A stretch of DNA of 64,000 nucleotides, from positions 110,446 through 174,445 of the IMG/VR virus record IMGVR_UViG_3300028833_000055. The stretch is one strand, 5' to 3'. The notes beneath the pieces were generated by a model. The model did not search any database. It saw nothing but the letters and a program-made list of their open reading frames with translations, and had not been told where the DNA came from. Every line of letters starts with the position of its first letter. Within the stretch, counting starts at the first letter, position 1. This document shows, one piece after another, positions 28,882 to 37,644 of the stretch. Source of the DNA: a virus. Taxonomy: Duplodnaviria; Heunggongvirae; Uroviricota; Caudoviricetes. Both the position numbers and the translations under genes were made by a program.

Positions 28882-29421
28882 ATGATTAAGAAATTTGAAG
28901 AATACGTTACAGAAAATATCAACTTCGGAAAAATCAAGTTCAAAAACAAAGAAGATGAATTACGATATAAAAAAATTAAAAAAGAAAAAGAAGAAAAAGA
29001 ACTTGAGAAGTTAAAGAAATATGAAAAATATTTCGGAGAACTTGACGATGATGATATCAAAAAAATAGACAAAGAAGACCTAAAAGATTTTTTGAATAAT
29101 ATTTCAGAATATTTGAAAACATTCAAAACCCCATTTGAACATTTTATCAAAAAAGACGATAATATAGGTGATGAATTTATGAATATGGCGTTTAATATTC
29201 ATAAATTGTATATTCCAGACACTATAAAAGCAAACGAAAAAATCATTCCTAGTGAAATAAAAAAGACAGATATTTTTGATGACATAAAGACATTTCACAA
29301 ATATATTGTAAAAGATTTTATTGGAATAGAAGACGTGTTCGAAACATCGGATGAGGACGTTGTGAAAACATTTTACAAATATTTGATGTTCGTCGACAGA
29401 GTGTATAATATATGGGATTAA
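28882..29421 (+). CDS. very AT-rich late protein with CTS-like N-terminus
   Basis: Begins MIKKFEEYVTEN; late promoter at 28849-28856; opposite strand to the flanking MTases. Confidence 0.7.
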   Translation: MIKKFEEYVTENINFGKIKFKNKEDELRYKKIKKEKEEKELEKLKKYEKYFGELDDDDIKKIDKEDLKDFLNNISEYLKTFKTPFEHFIKKDDNIGDEFMNMAFNIHKLYIPDTIKANEKIIPSEIKKTDIFDDIKTFHKYIVKDFIGIEDVFETSDEDVVKTFYKYLMFVDRVYNIWD

Positions 29422-29454
29422 GTCATATAATGACTGAATGATATGTTATATAAA

Positions 29455-29487
29455 TAAAAAAAGGAGGTCAAACGACCTCCTTTTTTT
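29455..29487. terminator. bidirectional terminator (GGAGGTC family)
   Basis: AAAAAAGGAGGTC-aaac-GACCTCCTTTTTTT. Confidence 0.85.
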
Positions 29488-29491
29488 ATTT

Positions 29492-30175
29492 CTACCATAA
29501 CGGAATATCATCTACCTTTCCGTCGAACCTTTCCGTCTCACCTTTATCCCAATTCATAACTTTTACCGGAATTTCCGTTTCCGGCAGACACATCGACACA
29601 CCGTCCATCCTGAAAATGTTCCAGGATACGATTTCCGCCCATTTTTCCATCTCTGTGGGTTCTTTACCGAATTTGGTGATAAAACTCTCTATAACGGCGG
29701 ACAATACATTTCTACGGGCGAGGAACAAGGAATCTTCCTGCCATTCATATCCGTATGTTGACTTCAATGAAAGTTCGGCCATCTTGCACCATTCCTTCTC
29801 GTCATCGGTGTGTATCCTCTGCAATTTCCTGTCGAGGAGACCTGTTCTCCTTTCCATCGGTATCTGTTCCCCCGTAGAAGCGTCATATAACGATGTGATA
29901 AACGGAGCCTCACCACAAGTCACCTCAAGGACTTTTCTTTTTATGTAATCGAGGTCTGAACCGGTATAACCTTCATCAAATGAATCGTTCATTTTCTTCA
30001 CCAGTTCATATGGAGTGAAAACCTCCGCCTTCTCTTTCGTCCTGTTCTGCTGAACATCCATACCCTTCTTGTATCTCGGAACGACACCATCCGGATTTAT
30101 GTTCAGTTTTCCTCCCGTTGTCCTTTCGTTAAGAAGAATCCCAACTATTTTTATATCTTTAATTCTTGTAATCAT
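29492..30175 (-). CDS. SAM-binding half of a gamma-class N6A methyltransferase (start revised from 30238)
   Basis: KAEVFTP, VLEVTCGEAPF, YGYEWQEDSL, with no NPPY. A terminator (30230-30247) and promoter (30182-30194) lie within the track N-terminus. Ends DIPLW. Confidence 0.7.
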   Translation of the reverse strand: MITRIKDIKIVGILLNERTTGGKLNINPDGVVPRYKKGMDVQQNRTKEKAEVFTPYELVKKMNDSFDEGYTGSDLDYIKRKVLEVTCGEAPFITSLYDASTGEQIPMERRTGLLDRKLQRIHTDDEKEWCKMAELSLKSTYGYEWQEDSLFLARRNVLSAVIESFITKFGKEPTEMEKWAEIVSWNIFRMDGVSMCLPETEIPVKVMNWDKGETERFDGKVDDIPLW

Positions 30176-30224
30176 ATTATAAAAATAACAAATTACATAA
30201 ATAGGGTGGTAATTTTTAACAAAC

Positions 30225-30256
30225 AAAAAGGAGGTCAATTGACCTCCTTTCTTTTT
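30225..30256 (-). terminator. intrinsic terminator (GGAGGTC family)
   Basis: AAAAAGGAGGTC-aatt-GACCTCCTTTC. Confidence 0.8.
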
Positions 30257-31009
30257 TTACCACAAGTGGTCAACGGGTTCATCCACTTCTTTCGTGAGTC
30301 TATCTTCTGCAAACTTGACATATTCCTCTGATATTTCGAAACCCATAAAGTTTCTTCCCGTCTGTCTGGCGGCCACCGCCGTTGTCCCGCTTCCCATAAA
30401 CGGGTCGAGTATCAAATCACCCTCTTTCGAAAAAAGTCCAATCAGTTTCTTTGCAAAGTCAATCGGGAAACACGCCCCGTGACCCGATATGTTGTTCTGT
30501 TTATGAAAACCAGAAATCACATTGTTTTGCATCCCACGACCGAAATACGAGTTGTTTATCACACGACCCTTCTTGTCGTCACCCTCGAATATGACCACAA
30601 ATTCATAACAGGAGTTGAGAACCTTGTCATGCATAGCGGGTTGTCCGCCTTTGTTCCAAATCATAATGTCCTTTATGTTCGATGAGAAATCACCGAGCAG
30701 CTTGAAGAACGCCTCCTTTGAACCGGTTACAATCTGATAGTTGTACACCACTATTTTTGAAACACGGAGAAGTTCTGTCAGAACATTCTTGTGAAACTCA
30801 TAGTATTCCTCTATGGGCAAGTCGTCTCCGAAGTATTTGTACTTCTTACTGAAATGCTCCGACTTCTCACGAGTGGTATACTGACCGTCACGGATACGTG
30901 TCCTCATATTATATGGAGGTGACGTGAGAACCATATCAACAGACTTGTCTTGAAGTTTCCTCAATCCTTCGAGGCAGTCTTCGTTATATATTTTGTTTAT
31001 GTCTAACAT
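30257..31009 (-). CDS. beta-class (probably N4C) DNA methyltransferase
   Basis: TSPPY, HGACFP, LDPFMGSGTT; ends VDHLW. Confidence 0.9.
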   Translation of the reverse strand: MLDINKIYNEDCLEGLRKLQDKSVDMVLTSPPYNMRTRIRDGQYTTREKSEHFSKKYKYFGDDLPIEEYYEFHKNVLTELLRVSKIVVYNYQIVTGSKEAFFKLLGDFSSNIKDIMIWNKGGQPAMHDKVLNSCYEFVVIFEGDDKKGRVINNSYFGRGMQNNVISGFHKQNNISGHGACFPIDFAKKLIGLFSKEGDLILDPFMGSGTTAVAARQTGRNFMGFEISEEYVKFAEDRLTKEVDEPVDHLW

Positions 31010-31032
31010 ACTATAAAAATAACAAAAATAGT

Positions 31033-31902
31033 TTATTTACTTTTCCATCCGAATTTACTCATCTTCTTGTGTATCCATTCAATATCACTCTCTCCAAGTC
31101 CGAACTCTTTCATAATATTCCCATCGGAGAAATCACCGTCATCAGGTGGTTCCGGTATTCTTTTCAGCAATATCTTCGGATTCTTTGATGATGTCTTGTA
31201 GAACCAGATGACGAACATAACAAAGTCGGTGTTCAACCATTCTATGAACTTGTCACAATCTTCACGTCTGTTGAAACGGAACACATTCCATTGACCTTCC
31301 GGAATACTGCTTCTACTAACAAGATTATCCTTTGTCAACAAAGTAGGCCAGTCCCACTCATATTCACCGTCTTCACCTACATGACCACGATGCACGGAAC
31401 AAACACAATACCACCCTTTCGGTATCATACCGATTTTTCTCTCCCTCTTTTCACCGAGAATGTCGGCGAGTGAATAAAAGAAACCGTTCTTTTTCAAATC
31501 AACCGTGTCGTGCCTTCCGATTTTCTCCACAATACCCACCGCTTTCAGATGGTCGTCACCGAACTTTTTCTTTCTAATCCAGTCGTCAAACAAAGTATGT
31601 TCCCCGCATTTACTATATGTGAATATCCCCACACCCCTTATGATGTCAACGGAGTCGAAGAGATTTCTCATATTCTCGTCATATTCAAAACCCGAAAGTC
31701 TTATATGTGAATATTTTTCACGGAATCTTCTGTAATGGGAATCGTTATCATTCATATTGTCGATGACGGTAGTGGGGTTTATAAGACACATAACGGAACA
31801 AGCGTCCATATTGTTGTCGAATATGGACTTCGCTATCTGTATGTATAACGGGTCCCAAATGCCTTGATACGGTGGATTGCCTACTATAATATCAAATGTC
31901 AT
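31033..31902 (-). CDS. catalytic/TRD half of an Eco57I-like gamma-class methyltransferase
   Basis: Begins directly with MTFDIIVGNPPY, has no motif I, and has a TRD-like C-terminus (FIEWLNTDFVMF). Confidence 0.7.
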   Translation of the reverse strand: MTFDIIVGNPPYQGIWDPLYIQIAKSIFDNNMDACSVMCLINPTTVIDNMNDNDSHYRRFREKYSHIRLSGFEYDENMRNLFDSVDIIRGVGIFTYSKCGEHTLFDDWIRKKKFGDDHLKAVGIVEKIGRHDTVDLKKNGFFYSLADILGEKRERKIGMIPKGWYCVCSVHRGHVGEDGEYEWDWPTLLTKDNLVSRSSIPEGQWNVFRFNRREDCDKFIEWLNTDFVMFVIWFYKTSSKNPKILLKRIPEPPDDGDFSDGNIMKEFGLGESDIEWIHKKMSKFGWKSK

Positions 31903-31916
31903 ATCTTAAAAATAAC

Positions 31917-31944
31917 AAAAGGAGACCAAACGGTCTCCTTTTTT
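31917..31944 (-). terminator. intrinsic terminator after the DNA polymerase gene
   Basis: AAAAGGAGACC-aaac-GGTCTCCTTTTT. Confidence 0.8.
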
Positions 31945-34889
31945 TACCATAATCCCTCGACATAGTTCATACCGATGTCAACCGGATTATATCCCATAGC
32001 CTCCACAATCCTGTTCATAGGACCGAGAATCAAAAGGTCGAACATCTTGTCGTAGTCTATTTCAAAACCGCTTGCCATATCCACGGGATACTGTCCCGAC
32101 GGATAACTGAACGCCTGAACCTTTTCCTTTATCTGACAGTCGGTGTAATATTCAACCCCATCATCCCGTCTTTCCAGCAAACCGCCCTTGGTGAACCTGA
32201 GTTCACACTGTTTTCTTACGGACGCTATTTCACTCTTCCTTATTTCACATCCTTTCCAGTATGTGTATCTTGGTGTCGGCTTGATGTATATGACACAGAG
32301 TTTGTCACTGTCGGCGAGAGCCGTGTATTTCTTCTTGTACTTCTCGTTGTTGTTCAAGAGCCAGTTGTAGAAAGCCGCACCTTGAACCGTAACCATACTC
32401 TTCTGGAGAAGTTCTATCTCCTTTGTGTCATCCATAACATACTCGCCGTATTTATTCATACCCTTGTTGACGGATATTGTCTCATAGTTCTGCATCATAA
32501 AACTTTCCTTCACAGCTCTCAACTGCTTTACGAAACCTTCGATGGTGAACTTCTCCTGACGGAATATCCACTTAATCAGATTTGTCATCTGCTCTTTCAC
32601 CCAAGTTGAACTTGAAGTCTGTGCGATTTCAATGCCTGTGGGTTTGATTTTGGTACACGAGTCATAATATACATTCGGTTCAGCCCAAGTCATATTCTTT
32701 ACATATTTCTTCTTGGCGAGCCATATTCCAGCCTCGTTGTACGCCTCAAGCTCAAAGTCGAGAATGTTCGGTGTCCCTTGCTTGGCAGCATAGTCCTCGT
32801 GTATCTTCTTCAGGAAGTCCTTCATGAATACACGGTCGAGGGTGAGGCAGAACTCACGTCCGGCTGGTTCTATTGTGTCGAGAGTCCATTCGTACTTGCC
32901 CGTGTCAATCTTATCGGTTTCGAAGTATCTGTGTGCGTCATCCTCCGTCGGATAACCGCCTTTCGATACATATATGAACTCCTTCTGGTCATTCGACTTG
33001 TTGATTTTAGTAAGTCTCCACACATCGTTCCTCATCCAGTCAGTTGTCATAACTATTTGATAATAAGACGAGTACACACTGTCAGTATCAATGTATACTG
33101 AAACTGGGTTCATTTTTTCATTAGGTTTTATTATTTTCAAACCCATCTTCTCATGTGTCTTACTATCATTCAACCATCCTTTCTGTGCCCAGAGATTCAT
33201 CAGTCTTTCTGCATTCAGAATGGCGTGCTTTCCCTGTTTTGTAACGGATTCGGCAATGTGTTTGTTGTAGAAGTAGAAACCGGCGAAACCGAAAGCACCG
33301 TAGATACCGTTGATGACGACCTTTGTTCCCAACTGGTAGTTGTTATAGATGTCGGCCTGTGTGGTACAGTATGCGAGAACGATATCCATATCCTTTCCGA
33401 TGAAGTCCGAAAGGTCGTTCTTCTTCATATAGTCCTCGATTTCTTCGGCAGAAGAACCGTTGTGCATCATATCCTTCAAGTCGTAGTAGCACTGTGTATA
33501 CTTAAAGGATGTCTTCTTGTACGCCTTTCTCTTGAAGTAGAGGTCGGTGATAATCTTCTTCAAGTTACCGTCCTCCTTTTCATACACGGCACCGGACGCA
33601 CATACTATATAACCCTTGTCCCTCCACTGCTGCTTCAACGCCTCGTCGTTTTCGGGAAGTATGGTGACAAGAGTTTCCGGTCCTATGTTGAACTGTCTCA
33701 TCAAGGACGGATAAAGTGAAGCGTAGTCGTTACAGGTGCAGTACTTATGGAGACCTGGTATCGGCTGCTTCACGAAAGCGCCTTCGTACTTTTCACCGTC
33801 ACCTTTCTTTTTCGACTTCGGTGAAACTGCAAGTACACGACCTTGCTCTGCAAATTTTATCCTCAAAAGGTTTTCGGGGATATAAGTCGTAGAGAAACAG
33901 TCCATAGCACGGATACGACCCAACCAGGCGGTAGTTATACCACAGGTCAATGCGTTACATTTCTCGTGGATGAGTTTTACAAGACCACAGTCGATGGCGT
34001 TGTAGTACACATATTTCTGAAAATTATTATTGAACATATCGTCAAGGGACTCACTGTGTTGCACTTTCTTGATACCACACAGTTTCTCACCGATATAGTC
34101 GAGCTTATAATTTTCATTGGAGTTCCAAGTCCATTTCTTATACGCCTTCAAGTAGTCTATAAGTCCGACATGTGTCGGTCTTTCGAATTGACCGGTCATC
34201 TTATGTGTAGGGGATGACATTTCAATGTTTATCTCAAGGTGCTTCGCCCTGTTCACTATGTACCTCCAGTCATATTCCTCGAAGTTCCATCCGGTCATCA
34301 TAGCCATATTCGGAACAAGACTCTTCAGGAAGAAATACAAAAGGTCATACTCGGTATTAAATGCCCTGAACTTGAACTTGAACTTACGGTTGACCTGCTT
34401 GAAATGTTCGTCAATCTGCCTTTGTATGTCATCAACTTCCTTCAAGGTCAAGTTCTTTCCGGCGGATAATACCATAATCGTGTCATTCGGACAACATACT
34501 CCGATAACGGTTATCGGCTTGTCGGCCTTTTCGGGGTCAGGTTTTCCCTCTTGCATCATATTCTCAATATCGATAAAGAACATTTCGGGAAGATTGTATG
34601 AAAAAATCTTCTCCTTCTTCTCTTCCGGAAGATTGTCGAGAATTTCATACATACGATACCTGTTTAAAGTTGATTTTGGGTTTGAGAAATCAAGACGGTG
34701 CTTCCACACCTTGTCCTTGTTCCAATTTCTGACCGTACCACCAGGTTCATCACTCTTATGTATCGGTTCGGTCATCCACACATATCTGTCCTTTTCATCT
34801 ATCGGCAGAATTTCAATGTGTGTCTTGTGGTCGTCTCCCCAGTAGGAGATTTCCAAGTTCTCTTTGTTTTGAACTAAATCTAATAGCAT
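31944..34889 (-). CDS. gp43: family B DNA polymerase (T4 gp43-like)
   Basis: Exonuclease motifs FIDIE, GWNF..YD, YNAID; polymerase motifs DYASLYPS, KVVINGIYG, YIDTDS, KKKY; ends VEGLW. Confidence 0.95.
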   Translation of the reverse strand: MLLDLVQNKENLEISYWGDDHKTHIEILPIDEKDRYVWMTEPIHKSDEPGGTVRNWNKDKVWKHRLDFSNPKSTLNRYRMYEILDNLPEEKKEKIFSYNLPEMFFIDIENMMQEGKPDPEKADKPITVIGVCCPNDTIMVLSAGKNLTLKEVDDIQRQIDEHFKQVNRKFKFKFRAFNTEYDLLYFFLKSLVPNMAMMTGWNFEEYDWRYIVNRAKHLEINIEMSSPTHKMTGQFERPTHVGLIDYLKAYKKWTWNSNENYKLDYIGEKLCGIKKVQHSESLDDMFNNNFQKYVYYNAIDCGLVKLIHEKCNALTCGITTAWLGRIRAMDCFSTTYIPENLLRIKFAEQGRVLAVSPKSKKKGDGEKYEGAFVKQPIPGLHKYCTCNDYASLYPSLMRQFNIGPETLVTILPENDEALKQQWRDKGYIVCASGAVYEKEDGNLKKIITDLYFKRKAYKKTSFKYTQCYYDLKDMMHNGSSAEEIEDYMKKNDLSDFIGKDMDIVLAYCTTQADIYNNYQLGTKVVINGIYGAFGFAGFYFYNKHIAESVTKQGKHAILNAERLMNLWAQKGWLNDSKTHEKMGLKIIKPNEKMNPVSVYIDTDSVYSSYYQIVMTTDWMRNDVWRLTKINKSNDQKEFIYVSKGGYPTEDDAHRYFETDKIDTGKYEWTLDTIEPAGREFCLTLDRVFMKDFLKKIHEDYAAKQGTPNILDFELEAYNEAGIWLAKKKYVKNMTWAEPNVYYDSCTKIKPTGIEIAQTSSSTWVKEQMTNLIKWIFRQEKFTIEGFVKQLRAVKESFMMQNYETISVNKGMNKYGEYVMDDTKEIELLQKSMVTVQGAAFYNWLLNNNEKYKKKYTALADSDKLCVIYIKPTPRYTYWKGCEIRKSEIASVRKQCELRFTKGGLLERRDDGVEYYTDCQIKEKVQAFSYPSGQYPVDMASGFEIDYDKMFDLLILGPMNRIVEAMGYNPVDIGMNYVEGLW

Positions 34890-35030
34890 ATTGAAAAAAT
34901 TTAATTATTATTCGTCCCTTTAGAAGGGGACACCTCTTCACTTTAAAAAATAACAAATAAATAATAAAAGGAAACAGATTTATTTTTTGTTATATTTACC
35001 TTATAAGACTATAAAGAAAACACACGATAT

Positions 35031-35630
35031 ATGAGTGATATACTTGAAGACTGGTTTGACAATGAGAACGAAAATACGGATTCCGTTGAAACCGATGAAA
35101 TAATCGTTGACAGAAGTAAATTCTTCGATGAGAACGGAGTTGACATATACAAGAAGAAAAGTTCCGAAAAAACCGTCGAGGAAAGAATAAAGACATCTCG
35201 TTCCTTAAAAATAAAATACAACAAATGGAACCAAGTGGACTTCACGGAAGACGCCCCGCAGGAAAAGATAGTCATTGACTCCAATTTCACGGGCGGTGTT
35301 TCATCCTACGAAGACCTGGAATTTGAAAGGAAGTTCCACGAACTGATAAAAAATTCCAAGTACAAGTCCCTGCTCTTCAATCTGGATACGGAGAAAGTAG
35401 CCATAAACTACCAGATAATAAACGACATTCTCCTATATACATATGCAAGGATGAAAAAGGAGTACAGTCTTTCAAAGGTATTCGTCCTCGTGTGTGAATA
35501 CTGCAAGATAAACATACAGACTATGTGGAAGAAACTGAGTTCATATATCCAGAAAAGGATACTCGAGGAACTCACCGAATACAGTCCGCTCGCCAAGTCG
35601 GAACTTTATGCAGATAATCAATTATTCTAA
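35031..35630 (+). CDS. probable late transcription co-activator (T4 gp33-like)
   Basis: The C-terminal FVLVCEYCKINIQTMWKKLSSYIQKRILEE resembles gp33; acidic N-terminus; ends DNQLF. Confidence 0.5.
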   Translation: MSDILEDWFDNENENTDSVETDEIIVDRSKFFDENGVDIYKKKSSEKTVEERIKTSRSLKIKYNKWNQVDFTEDAPQEKIVIDSNFTGGVSSYEDLEFERKFHELIKNSKYKSLLFNLDTEKVAINYQIINDILLYTYARMKKEYSLSKVFVLVCEYCKINIQTMWKKLSSYIQKRILEELTEYSPLAKSELYADNQLF

Positions 35631-35641
35631 ATATTTTAACT

Positions 35642-35896
35642 ATGGATGAAATTAGATTTTTTTCAGTAACAGTAAAGTTAGAGGAAGAGACCGATATGGT
35701 CGATAAGGTTGGAAATCCTAAAATTAAGAAATGGTCGGAAGACTATCTTGTAAGAGCGACTACATCTCAGGAAGCGAATGAAATCGTGAAAAAGGAGATG
35801 GACGGTGTGACAGCAGATTGGAGAATCTCCAAGATAACGGAGACAAAATATCTCGCAGTCCTCGATGTCAACGGGGAAGTCAACTGTCAGATTTAA
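35642..35896 (+). CDS. DUF4494-like protein (Bacteroidota-associated family)
   Basis: FFSVTVKLE...G.PKIKK.SEDYLVRATTSQEA. Confidence 0.65.
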   Translation: MDEIRFFSVTVKLEEETDMVDKVGNPKIKKWSEDYLVRATTSQEANEIVKKEMDGVTADWRISKITETKYLAVLDVNGEVNCQI

Positions 35897-35897
35897 C

Positions 35898-35930
35898 AAA
35901 AAGGGATGTGAAAAATCACATCCCTTTTTT
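35898..35930. terminator. bidirectional terminator
   Basis: AAAAAGGGATGTGA-aaaa-TCACATCCCTTTTTT. Confidence 0.85.
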
Positions 35931-37103
35931 CTTTCTTCGTTTCTTGGTTATCAAGGACGGGTTATCCCTGTGTGCTATATGTATCCTTTCATCCTTCACA
36001 TAGAAAGTAAAGTTATTCGAACTCTTGGACTTGTTTTCCTTGTATATTGACGACTTGTCGTCAATGAGACTTATAATCCTCTTCATAGTCTCGTTTATTG
36101 TCTTGCATCTCTTTATGTAAAGGAAACCGTCTATGTTCTTGACCTTTATCTCATCGTTTCCGTTTGTCGATTCGGTCGGTGCGTCAAGAAGAACATCCTC
36201 CTCCGGTTTCGTGAATTGTTCATTATTCCCTTTCAGAAAAACATCATTCGGGTCTGAATATGGTTCGTCTAAAAAATCGGTAAGTGGATTTCTTTCAACT
36301 TCAACCTCAAAGTCGTTATCGGTATTATCCTTCACCGGTATGACTTTACCGTCATCGTTTATAATCCGTTTTATCTTGATACTCTCACTGTCGTGAATGT
36401 TTCCACGGGTGTTTATGTGAGGCTGGTTGTCGAATATGACGAGCCAGTAGTTCTCCTCCTTCGGAAACTGTCCGTGCATATACCTCGCTATGCAGTATGC
36501 ACAGAGTCTTATGAACACATCCTTGTCAACGGCGGAATTTCCGAGAGGACACTCCACGAATTTCCTATACACCCTTGCGAGATTTTCACCGTCATCGACC
36601 TTGCTTATGGAGTTCAATTTTATAAGGTCTATGAATTTCAGTCCTCCAGGCAGAGCCGACTTGACCTCTATCCTTCCGGAAACGGTCTTTCCTCCATCCT
36701 CGGATATAAACAAGTCTCCCGTTTCCTTTGAATTTTCACCGAGAGGTGTCTTGAAGACATTGCTGAACAATATTGAAAGCAGGACTTCACCCTTCCCGAC
36801 AGTTCTGGAATTGTCGAATATGAAGTTTGAAAACCATATTAGCATATCGTTCTTGTCTATATTGTCAAGTTTGTTCAAATCAAAGTATCCATATTCGTCA
36901 AGTTCAAGTCTTTTCGAAAAATTCTCCACATATTCCTTCACCTTTTCAGCACACTCGTTGTCGTTGCTAAATTCCTTGATGAGCTTTATACCCAATGATG
37001 AATGGACATCACCGCTTATCTTTTTCAAAAAACCGTTGTTCTTACCGATATAATCTATGAATTGCTCAAACAGTTTAAAACATTCTGTCAATTTGGAAAT
37101 CAT
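35916..37103 (-). CDS. late PD-(D/E)XK nuclease-like protein
   Basis: VGKGEVLLS...ETGDLF...RIEVKS; late promoter at 37125-37133. Confidence 0.5.
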   Translation of the reverse strand: MISKLTECFKLFEQFIDYIGKNNGFLKKISGDVHSSLGIKLIKEFSNDNECAEKVKEYVENFSKRLELDEYGYFDLNKLDNIDKNDMLIWFSNFIFDNSRTVGKGEVLLSILFSNVFKTPLGENSKETGDLFISEDGGKTVSGRIEVKSALPGGLKFIDLIKLNSISKVDDGENLARVYRKFVECPLGNSAVDKDVFIRLCAYCIARYMHGQFPKEENYWLVIFDNQPHINTRGNIHDSESIKIKRIINDDGKVIPVKDNTDNDFEVEVERNPLTDFLDEPYSDPNDVFLKGNNEQFTKPEEDVLLDAPTESTNGNDEIKVKNIDGFLYIKRCKTINETMKRIISLIDDKSSIYKENKSKSSNNFTFYVKDERIHIAHRDNPSLITKKRRKKKGM

Positions 37104-37167
37104 AACGATTCATATTTGATATTTTATTTATGACAACATAAATATATATAAAAGATAACAATAAAAT

Positions 37168-37644
37168 ATGTATACCGTTAAGAACTACGCACAATTCATC
37201 ACTGAAATGAAATCTGAAAGGGAGATTGTGAGGGATATAGCGAGACGCCTTTCACACGACAAGGATATAATAAAGTACCTTAACACATCTCGTGCAAAGA
37301 GAAAAATCGGTTGGAGAGAGCTTCTCGCAGACAAACTACACGGAGGAAACCTCGACTACATCAACTATATCACCAAAAATATGGTAGCCGACTACAACCC
37401 TCAGATTACCGGTTACATCAATATTGGAAGGGGTGAAGAAAGCGGTGAAGGTGAAGGTGAAGAATTTAATTTCGATGGTGGTGTTACAAGAATAAACCTC
37501 GCTTTCAAGGAACTGCAAGACAGACTTGACAACATAGAGGATGTTCTTCAGATAGACCCCGAAGAAGAGGAAACTGTGGAAATAACAAAGGACAAGCTGT
37601 CCGTAATACTTGGAGAAGACAGTGACATCGATGAGGAAGAATAA
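37168..37644 (+). CDS. late protein with CTS-like N-terminus
   Basis: Begins MYTVKNYAQFITE; acidic C-terminus DIDEEE; promoter at 37137-37144. Confidence 0.7.
   Translation: MYTVKNYAQFITEMKSEREIVRDIARRLSHDKDIIKYLNTSRAKRKIGWRELLADKLHGGNLDYINYITKNMVADYNPQITGYINIGRGEESGEGEGEEFNFDGGVTRINLAFKELQDRLDNIEDVLQIDPEEEETVEITKDKLSVILGEDSDIDEEE

Noticed and set aside
30176-30238. Track N-terminal extensions (also 4107, 7065, 15816, 52909, 59974)
   Set aside because: They overlap terminators or promoter motifs; downstream ATGs fit the conserved promoter spacing.
32700-33200. Intein or intron in the DNA polymerase near the DTDS motif
   Set aside because: The insertion is only about 60 aa, the frame is open, and there are no Cys/Ser...His-Asn splice motifs or homing nuclease.
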